64,000 nucleotides of DNA, taken from NCBI GenBank assembly GCA_048128005.1, contig JBEUKZ010000080.1:62001-126000 (forward strand), given 5' to 3'. The translations under genes were made by a program, and so were the position numbers. Positions 1-11,006 of this stretch are shown here, piece after piece. Source of the DNA: Veleropilina oligotropha (lineage: Eukaryota). How positions within the stretch are numbered: the first letter of the stretch is position 1; each line of letters starts with the position of its first letter. The notes under the pieces are model-generated. The model worked only from the letters and a program-made list of their open reading frames with translations. It was not told the origin of the DNA and did no database searches.

Positions 1-713
1 ATTGACACATAGACCTAAATATGATTACGTCAATGATTGACATCACACAGCAAGCAGAATGGAGGTCAGTGTTTATCGGTTCGCTGAAATTGATGTATTG
101 CTTTGAAACATATAGCTACTTTCACATAATTGTAGTATATGGCAGCAATACTAACATAATAACCATATTTATTTCACCAATTAATTAGGCCTATTGCGCA
201 CCGCGACATTGTTATGACATGGGCATTCACTGTTTGTTTACAAGTTGAAGTAGCCGCATCCAATTTTCATTTATAGCGTTATTTATTATTTCAAGTTTTT
301 CGCGTACATCCATTTCACAGTCGATAACGGCGGCCTGCCTCTCTTTCTCGTGTCGACATCCGCCATGGAAACCGATATAAACAAACCCAGACAAGGTCGA
401 CCTTGAAATGACCCGGTAGATCGCGAGAGTGATTTAGGGCGGAGCTAAGTGACGTGTTGAGCCGTCGTTCATTTCCGTATAAATCTGGTGTACAATCGGC
501 TCGAATTATGAGCGCGCAAAAATTCAAATATTTATTACTAAGTGAAAAACAATTTTGCGGTGTGTGGTAATCTCTGAAACGTCCTAACTATATGCAATAA
601 ATCAATGCAGAAAGTGTAAGAGAGAACAGCATTTAAATACATTTTAGCGACCTGAAGTAGATCCTGCATCTTTAAATCACGAATTGTCAAAACAGATTTG
701 TTATATATACATT

Positions 714-2711
714 GGGTGCGTCTTTTTACTCAAATATACTCAAATAATCGTATATCCAATCAAATAAAATGATATACGTGTACTAAAAAGACGTAAGAAT
801 ATCAAGTTAACCCCTTACATTAATAATATTTAACAGTTGTACTAGAACTTCGAAATAATAAAATATTTGACAACATAGATCCAACGCAACAAGGGAATAG
901 AAGAGCGACATATTCTCAAACGCATAAATGGATGAAGACGATGATGATATATAATTCTACGACTAACTTTGCATTTACTAAATACTATGATATTATGGAG
1001 TGCACACGCGCTTCTAACACAATCATGCCATCAGTATTTCTAGTCACAAAAGGGTTCATGCACACGACGTCGAATTTTGAACAAGGTGCCACTCTGCTGG
1101 TCAATTTTCTTTCGACGTCGTGTGCATTTTGAAGTTTAGGGGATTACCCATGACAATGGCGTAATTAAATGGTTACGGCTCTATGGATTCAACTAAGTGA
1201 AAACTGGAGACATATACTGTAGGGTAATTTATTTAATGTTTGTAGTGTTCGATATTTTCGTTTCTTCGTCGCTTCTGACCGGCAGCATACTGTATCATTT
1301 GCTTCTCGGTTGATGTCTGTATGATTCGAAGTAGATGAACAATCTAAAATATATTGGGGTGCGCTTTCCGAATAAATTTATTTATACGGTTGTGTTGTGG
1401 TATCCCTCTAAATGATTGTTGGTTCGTGGGCCTGTCGTCTCGTAGTGGTTCCACTGGGTAGTGGCGATAGTCTTCAATATTGCCTTCGAGTCACTGGTGG
1501 GTCATACAATCTGTTAATGCGTCACATCTTTCGTCTTTTGGCAACATAGCGTGGGTCTCCAACCATAAGTTCATAACCTGAAATGTATATATGTATACAG
1601 TTCATCAAACTAACCACACATGTTATGTGTTATGTGCACTTTACAAAGAAAAGATATTTATTCAATATAATTGATTATTGTAAATGTCAAATAAATCGAT
1701 GACAATTCTTACCTGATCCACTGGCACTAGAGGCAAGACAGAACATCTTCGGACAAAACTGGTGAACACTTCGTTCTGGTTATATTCCACCTGAAGATGG
1801 TTTTGCTGGGCTCGCCTCCACACACACGGGGTGGGCTTTGCGGGGTCTGTACAATGTCTCCTTCTTCACTCTTCAGAGGAAGCTCCTCGCAACTTGTTGA
1901 CCTCTTCTTGAAAGAGTGACGAATTAGGATTCAATGACGATTTTGCTTTAACACCGAGGTCGTGAATCGCTAATGTATCTTATCTTCTTTCTTTTTATTT
2001 ACTATATACACATGTCCCGCCACACAAAGGTATCTGCTTCCTTTAGCTGTTGGTATAAATTTTGTCTGTACTTGTGCTCACTAACGTCATTTTTCTTGGT
2101 AATATTCCAACTACTTTTCATTTTTACACAATTTAGTGAGTTTCCCTCCTTAATGTAATTTTTCATTACTTGGTGAATTTTCCACTAATCCCCCTAATCC
2201 CACCAAACGATGCCGCGATTCAACGTCGTGTGCATTCCCGAATTTCAAAATTCGACGTCCCCATAAAAGTATGTGGAAACAGGGTTAACGAGTTAGCAAA
2301 ACCGGTAACAATGATCATAATCAGTCTTGCTAAGTCACCGATTTTAATAATTATTTAGCATTTCTGGATACCCGATATTATATCCAACGCGACTATGGGT
2401 TAATTGCTAACATATGTCGTGCGTTTTACATGTCCAGAATGGACAGGTGAATTATATAATTATCGTGTCAGTGATTTCGATAAACGGTGTCTCAATTTTA
2501 TAATCCCCACGTTGTCGTCGCTCGTTGCGTTACCTGTATTTTAAGTATGTGGGCCTTTCTTCACGATACAATGAACATTTTTCATTTTAGTGATAACATT
2601 TAATACATATGCATCTCCTATGTACATATATATTACCTTATTTTAATAGATTTACGTTTATTTGAGTATATTTGAGTGTATTTGAGTATATTTGAGTAAA
2701 AAGACGCACCG
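714..2711 (-). mobile_element. Degenerate MULE (Mutator-like) DNA transposon
   Basis: Terminal inverted repeats ggtgcgtctttttactcaaatatactcaaa / tttgagtatatttgagtaaaaagacgcacc. Near-perfect 9-bp TSD atatacatt (705-713) / atatacatg (2712-2720). Internal transposase remnants. Confidence 0.75.
1340..1825 (-). pseudogene. MULE transposase C-terminal remnant (spliced, with stops and frameshift)
   Basis: Manual translation gives VWRRAQQNHLQVEYNQNEVFTSFVRRCSVLPLVPVDQ, then a gt..ag intron, then ...QWNHYETTGPRTNNHLEGYHN...RKAHPNIF. RTNNxxEGxH is a typical MULE motif. Confidence 0.7.
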
Positions 2712-3058
2712 ATATACATGTACATATGTGTGACCTTATTTGACCATTATAGTCATACTCTGCTGTCGGTTATATAACTGGTTTTCCTATAGTGGGCTGA
2801 AGTTTACACAAGGAGCACTAAAATTAATCTATACTAATGTTTTAATTATAATTAAATGCCCATACTCTAAATGATCTAATTACTCTGGTGTCTGGACATA
2901 ATGTTTACTTAGGAGCTGACCAGGATCGCAAATTCTTCCTGCCCTGCAGGTTGTTTACCAATAGCAATAAACCTCAAGCATACATCTCAGGCTGGCAACT
3001 ATAAAGATCGCCTGCAGCTAATTAGAAACATTAAAAAATCTAAATCTTGAACGGATGG

Positions 3059-3250
3059 AGCAGCAGGGGGGGTGATTGGACTTTTTAGAATGGAAAAATA
3101 AGGCTCCCAGCAGCTGTTCAGAACTGAGGGGGTGTAGTACGAGCCCCTAAGGCAGTTTAGACTAGGGGCCCACGGCCGCCGGGGAGGCTCCCAGCCCTAT
3201 TTCAGAACCCAGGGTAGGGATTGTATTACAAAAGTTACCGTGTGTACAGA
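3059..3250 (+). repeat. Left terminal inverted repeat of the Polinton-like element
   Basis: Reverse complement of 16885-17082. The terminal ~55 bp and the block 3186-3250 match closely; the middle is diverged. Confidence 0.9.
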
Positions 3251-3712
3251 GCGGGGGGTCAGTAGACTTTTTAGAATGGAAAAATAAGTCTCCTAGCACC
3301 TGTTCAGAATATGGGGGGGACTAGGGGGTTTAGACTAGGGGCCTACGGCCGCCGGGAAGGCTCCCGGCCCTATTTCGGAACGCGATTGTGTAGAACTCCC
3401 TTCTTACCGCCTTTGGTCTTCTTCTTAAAGACCGCCTGTTCACCATCGTCGAGGTCAACAATCAAAACGTCGTAGCCCGATTTCAAGAGGGTCCTGATGC
3501 GTCGGGAACTTTTCGCGCCGCGCAACCTGGGAACGTCTTTCTGCGGCATGTTGCTTTCAAGTATAACTACACAGCGTCTAACACGACCAGCTATTTCGCG
3601 CCGATATAGTAGTATGTAGTAAGAGCCCGTAGGGACGGCCCACAACCCTCGCCGGCCCGGGCTCTCTTTTAGACATATCCATTGGACGGGTATATCCAAA
3701 GCAAAGGATACG

Positions 3713-3997
3713 ATGAAGGGCTATGACACCTGCCAATGGCTTACCATCAGCTCCACGGAGTTATGCGGTAAGAGATGTCTGAGCGAGTATTGCAAAGTCC
3801 ATCTGGCTCGGCTCCGAAAGGGCCGGGGCACAAAGCCCTGCAGCAAATGCGGACAAGGTGTCAGAAACCGGCTTACGCTGTGTCAGGGCTGTGGGTATAA
3901 GCTTGAGAACGATAGGGACTGGCAACGAAAGAAAAGGGCCTTCCAGAAAGAGTTTCTGCGAGAGTTTCTCCGCATGGCTGCAATCTACCACGCGTAA
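3713..3997 (+). CDS. Small basic Cys/His-rich putative zinc-finger protein (94 aa)
   Basis: C..C..C..C-x2-H and CxxC...CxxC spacing with a basic C-terminus. Lies directly upstream of the replicase. Confidence 0.6.
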   Translation: MKGYDTCQWLTISSTELCGKRCLSEYCKVHLARLRKGRGTKPCSKCGQGVRNRLTLCQGCGYKLENDRDWQRKKRAFQKEFLREFLRMAAIYHA

Positions 3998-4045
3998 ATT
4001 TCATATTAGAGAAGTGATCGGCATGACGTATACCCGCCCGGCAAC

Positions 4046-7000
4046 ATGGATGAACTGCGTAATTTAGCGAAAGATTACGGGATTCCCGCTTGGTCGAAGC
4101 TCAAGAAGAACGACCTCATCCGGGCAATAGCCGGGGTCCGTGCTGCCGAGTTTCGGAGGAGACTCGAGCGGGCGATGAAAACGGGAAGGTTCCCCTCCAT
4201 ACGTGGGGATGTGGAGAACCCCCACAAAAGAGGCTGTCGTGCTCGCGAATTGCGGCAGATTAAGGACGAGGTCGAGGTGGCCCTCAAGGTCCGTAAATAT
4301 ACCTCGAGGGCTGAGAAAAAGCCCAGGATTCGACAGAAGCCGCTTCGCGCCATCACGGATCGAATCGTCAAGCCACAACTGCACGGTCTGACTAGGTCTC
4401 GGAAAGAGACCCTTGCGGGGGCTATTGCTCAGAAGGGGCCCGATATTCTGAGAGATCACTTAGCCTCGGATGAATACTATTCCCTCTCCAAAACGCCCCG
4501 GACAGCCCAGAACTACCAGAAGGATCTTCTAGGGACGTTTACCACAACAGAGGGGCAACAGTTCATCGACCTGGATAACCAGGCCCCTCCCCCAGTAAGG
4601 CTCCCAGCAAAAGAGCCATGGGTGGAACTCTTGAACAACGCCAAAGACGAGTTTGAGGTCGATGGCGCCGCGGCGGCCTTCTCCACATGGAGGGTAGAAG
4701 TGGACATTAAGATCGAACACGGCATCGAAGCGGCCCTGGATGCCCGTATGACAGATGCGAGGGCGGTACAGCTCCTCACAGCCCTTCCAAAAGGCGAGTA
4801 TGTCCTTAGAATCAAGTTCTTGCATGAGTGGGGTGAAGGCGACTGGGTGGTCGAAGACAAGTTTGACCCGGTGAAAGCTGCGAGAAAGAAGGGCCAGGGT
4901 GTCTTTGAGATATCCCATGACACTAAGCCGGGTGCTATCACTGGGGTCGACAAAGTCTACTACGAGAACGCCTACCCGGTCACTGCAGTCGTCTATGGCC
5001 TCTACCCTCTCAGAGAACCAAACCCCGCCAACTTGGTCCCAATGAAGAACGGCGACCTCAACTGCGTTGCCCAAAGAGTGATTGAGCACTTTGAAGGTGC
5101 CCTGAGAGGAAACGGACTCACCCCGACAAGGCGGCAGAAAATACAGGAGTGGGAAGAGCGAGTCCATGAAACGGGCGCCACTGTGGATGATATATCCATC
5201 CTCGAGAAGATACTGAAGCGGGCGATTGTCTTGAGAGACATTGCAGGCGAGGACATCTACAACAGTGGGAAGTACCAGGGCTGGCATAGACCCGTCGAAC
5301 TCATCTGTCACAACGGCCACGCATGGTCCAAAGAGCTACACTTCCTGCAGTCCACCTGTATGAGGGCGATGTCTGGGAAGCTATCCGACAAGCCACACAT
5401 AATGAGCCATTGGCTGTCTGGCTCCTTGGCGGTGGAGACCGACAGCTCGGCGTGGACCAGTTCGTGCTGCAAGACGGCCGCACGTACAGGACGACAGAGA
5501 CTCACACCGCTCTTCAGGAAGCCTGTAAGGCTCTGGGGGGGAATGAGTCTCTTGCCGATCGGGCCTTTGGCGTGAACCATGCAGCTAGCATTATGGCCAG
5601 AGAGAACAACGGCTGGAAGCCTACCCCGGCCAGCCTGCTCGATGACATCCAGAAGGCCTGCGTAGAGCATGGTCACGGTGGCCTTTGGAATTCCATGGGC
5701 TATGACACGAGAGATGTCTGCTGCATCGATATGAAATCCTGCTACCCTGCAAGCTTTCAGGGGAAGGGCGAGGCCAAGCCCTATTTCGAAAGATTCGGAC
5801 ACCCAACCCACAGCATGACTCGGGTCGCAATTAACGGTCCTCTCCCCCAAGAAATCGGTACTGGCTTTGCTGAGGTCGTGGAATGGGAGTTTGCACAAGA
5901 AATCCACCCCACTATTCCCGCCTGGTTCGGAAAGCACTTTGCAGAAAATGGATGGGCACCAACCCCACTGCTCGCCTTCCTCATAGAATCTGGACTGCTA
6001 AAAAGCCTCCAGATTCGAGAAGCCATCATCGCATTCAGAAAACAGACCGATGTCTGGCTTCCTCCGGATCGTGACCAGGGCTGCAGCATTATCGGCAAAT
6101 TCACCCAAGGCGCCAAAGCTGACGGAAAAAGACTGACTCGACGGCTTGTGACCGACCAGGGGGAGCTCGACTTCCTCGTAAGAGACACCCGCCAAAGCGG
6201 CACCCTGGTTGGCGCTCCTCAGAGATGCCCCCTTGGTCACATCCTCACGTACTATGATGGCTCACAGCTTCAGTACGCCCACCTGAGGGCCAGCATGTTG
6301 GCCTATGCCCACATAAACCTCTTGAGCATGCTCCAGCGTTTCACCCCTGAGGAAGCCGTACGCGTGGCCACTGACAGCATCTACCCCAAGAAGGCCTCGT
6401 TGGAGAAGCTCGACGATGTCAAGGCGTACATTGCCCCCCAACTCTGCGACTGTGGCGAGAAATCTTGCATCTCCTGTCTGCTCGGGGAGACGTACCTTCC
6501 GCCAGTAGCACCGGCCCAGTGGCGTGACAAGGGGGAACAGCTTTACCTGCCACAGGAACATGCCGCATACCTGCCCAAGCCGGAGTACACGCAGTCCGAG
6601 AAGGACCTCCCGCCAAGCACCGCGCATGCTACAATGACACGCTGACCCACCATCGCCTGAGTTACCTCAACGGTGGAGGGGGCTGTGGCAAGACTACGAG
6701 AGCGATCGAGCTCTTCCGGGCAAGGAATCCCACGGTGTTCACGCCAACCCACCGCCTCGCTAAAGAGATGCGGACCAGGGGTGTCAAAGCCCAGACCTAC
6801 CACAGCTTCTTCTGATGGAGCGGCCAGACTGACTGGACGCCCGATCGCATGGGTCAGAAGTTCATCCACCGCGTCATTATCTGGGACGAGGTCTGCACAG
6901 TTCCCCGGCCTATCCTCGAGATGTTCTTGGACTGGCTGGGCCAGCACGAAGTTCAGGTTATCTGCTGTGGGGACCAGGGCCAGCCACCACCGATTACGGG

Positions 7001-7939
7001 GGAGATGCCACACGATTGGCTGCGAGAGACCACGGACTACTATGAAGAGATTGAAGTAGACTACAGGGCGAAAGACGACCCTGCCCTCCAAGCCCTGAAA
7101 AGACGTATCCGCCTCCAGCCCGACAAAATCCAGTGCCAGGAAATGCGTAGGACTCTCCCCAGCTGCCTTGGATGGGATCGGTTCGTCAACACCTGGAGGC
7201 CAGGCGACCTAATCCTCACCAGCCGTCAGAAGGTCCGCGAACGGGCTCAACAGCTGTTGCTCCAGAGGCACAAGGAGCACTTCCCAGACTCCCCGGTACC
7301 TATCCTGTACCACCCCAGGGACACCCGTAAGCAAAACATCATGGTAACGATTCCGGGCACCGACGAAAGAGAGGAGCTAGTTCTCAACGACGTCGTAGAG
7401 GTCACCATTGACGCCGCTGAGAGGGCTATTCAGACCACGGATTGGCGCCTGGGCTATGCTCTCACCATCCATTCGAGCCAGGGTCTTACGATTCACGACC
7501 CGCAGAGGGTCTGGATCATCGATGACTACCTTCAGTGGAGTAATCTCGCCTACCTAGCCGTGTCCCGGGTGGAGCATCTGCATCAGCTCGAACGGGTAAC
7601 CTGTCCTCCGGATGAGGGTGCTGAGGACAGGCCGCCCCAAACCGAGCAGCAGGTTCGAAAGACCATCCAGAAAAAGCTTGTGGCGTACAAACGCCAGGAC
7701 CAGGCAAAGGGACTCCAGGGATTTAACCTCAAGGTCGATGACATCCTGCAGCTCAAAGAAGCCTTGACAACCGCTGCGCAGCATGCAACATAGAGCTGCT
7801 CTGGGCCTACCAGCCCAAAGACACACAGCAGTTCAGTGTCGACCGTGTGGACAACAGCAGGGGCCACATCTGCGACAACGTGCGCTTAACGTGTCTGGAA
7901 TGTAACCGAAAACGAGGATTTGCGGCTGTTAACGCCTGA
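4046..7939 (+). pseudogene. Fused replicase: Rho-N-like module + family B DNA polymerase palm + SF1 helicase + HNH/EndoVII-like nuclease (3 frameshifts, 1 premature stop)
   Basis: N-terminus MDELRNLAKDYGIPAWSKLKKNDLIRAI. PolB motifs IDMKSCYPA, SIIGKF, ATDSIY. Helicase motifs GGGGCGKTT, IIWDEV, CGDQGQ, YALTIHSSQGLT, LAYLAVSR. C-terminus CAAC...VDRVDNSRGHICDNVRLTCLECN. Frameshifts near 5345, 6625 and 7765; TGA at 6813-6815. Confidence 0.8.
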
Positions 7940-8978
7940 GAACCGGCGGCAGCTGGGTGTCACGAGGCACCACGAGAAGTTCCTCTCGAACAAACCCACG
8001 CGGTGGTCCATCGAGCAAGTAGTAGAGCACAGGCTCGTCAGGCTTCGTGACAGAGCGTCCAAGCCTGTGAACCGTCAAAGACCACACCGGGTCAGTCGCT
8101 CGCCGGCGACCACCCTCCAACTCACCGGGTTGGTATAGGTATCGAACATCTACGTCAGAGGGGAGTTTCTGTTCCTTCCCCTGTCGGTCTGGAACAGTGG
8201 AAGAGGGCTTTTGGGCAACGCGAGGTGCCTTGATGGCGTCCTTGGGCTTTTTACCGGTGAGGCGGGTCTCTTCCCCATTCAAGGCCGCAACGACGGCGGG
8301 CAGCCTGGCGACCCACTCAGTTGACCTTTGACCCTCTTTCGCAGACTCTGCAAACCGCATCTCTGTTGCATACTGGTGCCCGAAGAGCCGCTCAGCGAGC
8401 GTCCGGTTGAAGCGCTCCACGATCCCTTGATCGCGATGGAGATCCACACGGCCACGCCTAACCTCGACATTATGTGTAGCCAGCAGCTGGGAGACCGCGC
8501 CCATAAACTCTCGCCCTGGATCAACCTGAAGCAATTTCGGCCAGCTAAGAGGACTCCGCATGTAGATTCGAGACAGAGCTTCAGCAACCCCTCTGGCCTC
8601 TTTTGTGGCCAGAGGCTCGGCCTCTTTGTAGCGACTGGCCACATCAACCACAGTCAGAGCGTACTTGTACGTTTTACGACCGACCTTGTCATGTGGGAGA
8701 AACAGGAGGTCTGCTTGGTGAACCTCGTTCGGTGTTACAACGTCGAATTTTGGTCTTGGAATCCGCCGTGGCGCAGGTAAATAGATCTGCCAGATGGCCT
8801 GCTTCTTCAGCCAATCCCGGGCCACGTCTTCAGAGACATCTACTGCGGCCGAGAGATGTTGTATCGCGGCGATCCCTTTCCAGTAGCCTCGGGGGCTATA
8901 GTAGATAGTTGCAAGCTTCCGGTCCATTCCGCGCCCTCGAGTTCTTTTGCCGGTCTTCGCTGCCATCGAGACTGGCAA
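7929..8978 (-). CDS. Retroviral-like (rve, DDE) integrase of Polinton type
   Basis: HQADLL...YALTVVDVASRY...LQVDPGREF...QGIVERFNRTL, a D-D-E triad. ORF is intact. Confidence 0.92.
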   Translation of the reverse strand: MPVSMAAKTGKRTRGRGMDRKLATIYYSPRGYWKGIAAIQHLSAAVDVSEDVARDWLKKQAIWQIYLPAPRRIPRPKFDVVTPNEVHQADLLFLPHDKVGRKTYKYALTVVDVASRYKEAEPLATKEARGVAEALSRIYMRSPLSWPKLLQVDPGREFMGAVSQLLATHNVEVRRGRVDLHRDQGIVERFNRTLAERLFGHQYATEMRFAESAKEGQRSTEWVARLPAVVAALNGEETRLTGKKPKDAIKAPRVAQKPSSTVPDRQGKEQKLPSDVDVRYLYQPGELEGGRRRATDPVWSLTVHRLGRSVTKPDEPVLYYLLDGPPRGFVREELLVVPRDTQLPPVLRR

Positions 8979-9228
8979 TGTATTCCAGTAAACTGATCAG
9001 TCTCCAACAGGCTTCAGCTTCCGGAGCCGGTCGCTGCGCAGTAGTCGCCCGTAGGTTGGTCGGGCCCCCGGAGAGCACCAGGACCGCGAACCGCACCATA
9101 GTCTTTTCGTTGCGCCGCCAACAGTCGAGTGACGTAGTACCAAGGCCCACCCCGCTGACCGCAAGCATGGCAAAGTACAGCTCTTCTGGGAGCACCATCC
9201 TATACATGTCCACGAAAAAAATGTCCAC
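8896..9228 (-). CDS. Hypothetical hydrophobic protein of the viral element
   Basis: Co-oriented with neighbouring viral ORFs and has hydrophobic segments. Boundaries uncertain. Confidence 0.35.
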   Translation of the reverse strand: MDIFFVDMYRMVLPEELYFAMLAVSGVGLGTTSLDCWRRNEKTMVRFAVLVLSGGPTNLRATTAQRPAPEAEACWRLISLLEYIASLDGSEDRQKNSRARNGPEACNYLL

Positions 9229-9237
9229 TGGAAATAA

Positions 9238-9666
9238 TTAGGCGAGCTTGTAGGTGACCAACCCGGTCGCCGCCATCCCCAGGATCACGAAGGTGATCTC
9301 ACGTCCCTTCTGGCCATCACTAGGCGTGTAGTAGTCGGACAGGGCGGGCTCAGGGCCACCTCCCAGGCCGGGGTCAAGGTTCTTGCCGGTGATCAAGGCA
9401 TACTCACGGATCGCGGCGTCAACATCCCGGAATGTCCCAACAGCGTGACCCTGGCGGCGAAGTTCAACGTTCAGCCAGTCGAGACGCTCCGCCCTCTGTT
9501 GTGACCACTTAGTCTGAGCGGCGTTGAGCTGCTCTACGGCTTTGTCGTGCCGTTTATGCTCCTCATCAACACCGGAGCTGCGTAGCTTCGAGAAGAGGAA
9601 GTTCGACCCGCTGAAGGCGAGGGCATTGACGAGAGCGCCCCCAACCAGCATCGCAATGGAAGCCAT
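9238..9666 (-). CDS. Putative virion membrane protein (142 aa)
   Basis: Hydrophobic N-terminus, coiled-coil-like middle and C-terminal TM-like segment ITFVILGMAATGLVTYKLA. Confidence 0.7.
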   Translation of the reverse strand: MASIAMLVGGALVNALAFSGSNFLFSKLRSSGVDEEHKRHDKAVEQLNAAQTKWSQQRAERLDWLNVELRRQGHAVGTFRDVDAAIREYALITGKNLDPGLGGGPEPALSDYYTPSDGQKGREITFVILGMAATGLVTYKLA

Positions 9667-9696
9667 TGAAATGCTGCGATTATCTAGCAGGTCCCA

Positions 9697-9936
9697 CTAC
9701 TTCAAAACGTCGGCCGGAATGATGCCTTGTTTGATCAGCATGTCCTTCGTCGCCATGGCGAGCGCTACGTCGAGGACGACCATCCCAACATCGTACCCCG
9801 TGAAGTCCAGCTTGGGGCTCGCCCCCTTGAATACCATTTTTCCCAGGCGTGCGTAGCCTATGGCGAGGCCAGACACTATAGCTGCGTGATAGACGGCGTT
9901 GCCGAGCATCTTTCCGTCAGTAATCAGGGTAGTCAT
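9697..9936 (-). CDS. Small hydrophobic/amphipathic protein (79 aa)
   Basis: Two hydrophobic helices. Tightly packed in the minus-strand gene run. Confidence 0.65.
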   Translation of the reverse strand: MTTLITDGKMLGNAVYHAAIVSGLAIGYARLGKMVFKGASPKLDFTGYDVGMVVLDVALAMATKDMLIKQGIIPADVLK

Positions 9937-9948
9937 GTTGTACTGCTA

Positions 9949-10488
9949 CTATCGCATATGGAACGGGTTGTGCTCATTCTTCAATTCGGTGGTGGCCCTC
10001 GAGGGGGTGGGCTGCCTCGCCTGTGCTGGTGGCTGTTGATGTGGTGTGGATGGACCACTGCTGCGTTTCCAGACAACAAATAGCAACGCAACCGTACCGG
10101 CAGCGAAGAGTCCATAGGTCCAATTAAATGCTGGGGTGGGGAGGTCCGATTTCCGGCCCGTGCGAACGTCATTTTCGACCGCGGTCATCTCGGCCGCGGG
10201 GGCACCATTGTGTTTTTGTTGGTGGGGCTGTGCCTCCGGTAGTTCTGGAACTGTGCGGGTGTCTTCCTTAAGTTTTCGAACCTCGGCAAGGAGCCTCTCC
10301 TGCTTGGCCTTTCTCGCAGCAGCTCCGGCCCTCCCTGCAGCCACCTTCTTAGGGTCCTTCCCCGAAGAAGAGGTCACCCTCTCTATCGTCTCTATCGGCT
10401 GGGTCACCCTCTCTATCGGCTGGCCCGTTTCCGGCGTCGTCATCTTGATCTCGCTCTCGCGATATTTTGGGCGGGCAGACGTGTCCAA
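9949..10488 (-). CDS. Basic protein with a single TM-like segment
   Basis: KDPKKVAAGRAGAAARKAKQERL motif and the TM-like stretch WTYGLFAAGTVALLFVVW. The true start may be the ATG near 10443. Confidence 0.6.
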   Translation of the reverse strand: MDTSARPKYRESEIKMTTPETGQPIERVTQPIETIERVTSSSGKDPKKVAAGRAGAAARKAKQERLLAEVRKLKEDTRTVPELPEAQPHQQKHNGAPAAEMTAVENDVRTGRKSDLPTPAFNWTYGLFAAGTVALLFVVWKRSSGPSTPHQQPPAQARQPTPSRATTELKNEHNPFHMR

Positions 10489-10633
10489 ATCGGCAGTGCT
10501 TAGCCGTGGTCAGCACGGCAGTCAACGGCGCGAGATACGAGCCGTACTGATGATAAAGCTCACAGCTTGCGGTGCACAGGGCATGTGAGATGAACGGGTC
10601 TGCCTCGAGGTCGGCGATCAGCCGTGGCTGCAC
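10349..10633 (-). pseudogene. 3' remnant of a small viral ORF whose 5' end is lost at a deletion junction
   Basis: QPRLIADLEADPFISHALCTASCELYHQYGSYLAPLTAVLTTAKHC begins abruptly where the capsid-like frame ends. Confidence 0.5.
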
Positions 10634-10967
10634 AGTAGCAGTGATACACGTCGGAGTCGTCAATCGACAAGACCTCGTTCCCACTGATCTTTATCGTGGT
10701 CTTCTTGACCACGGCGCGTCCGATGTTCTGTACTACAGTTTGGTTCGGATTAGCCGAGGTCAGAGAAATGGTGAATGCGAGGTGGGCTGTCCCTGGAACG
10801 ATAACGTCGTGTTCCCCGAGATTCGGGAACCGAACCAACAGCTGCTGGTTTGCGGCAATCGTGGATGGGTTGTTTGTTATCGTGACCGACTGTCGGATAC
10901 CCTTGACCCCGAGGGGCTCTCGTAGTCTGCGGTATGGATTCAACGTGCGTCCGTACTGGCTGGCCAT
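10634..10967 (-). pseudogene. N-terminal ~110 aa of a putative double-jelly-roll major capsid protein, truncated
   Basis: Beta-rich pattern NPSTIAANQQLLVRFPNL...IVPGTAHLAFTISL...NIGRAVVKKTTIKISGNEVLSIDD, which resembles Polinton-like hexon N-termini. Sequence character changes abruptly after YHCY. Confidence 0.6.
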
Positions 10968-11006
10968 GTTGTCGTTTTAGATGCGTATCCCAGCCGGTGT
11001 ATTCAA

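Noticed and set aside
6660..7580. Helitron RepHel
   Set aside because: No HUH Rep motifs are visible, and the helicase lies inside a TIR/TSD-bounded integrase-encoding element.
4064..9241. Many overlapping antisense and alternate-frame ORFs
   Set aside because: Expected in GC-rich coding DNA. They have no motifs and overlap the replicase and integrase.
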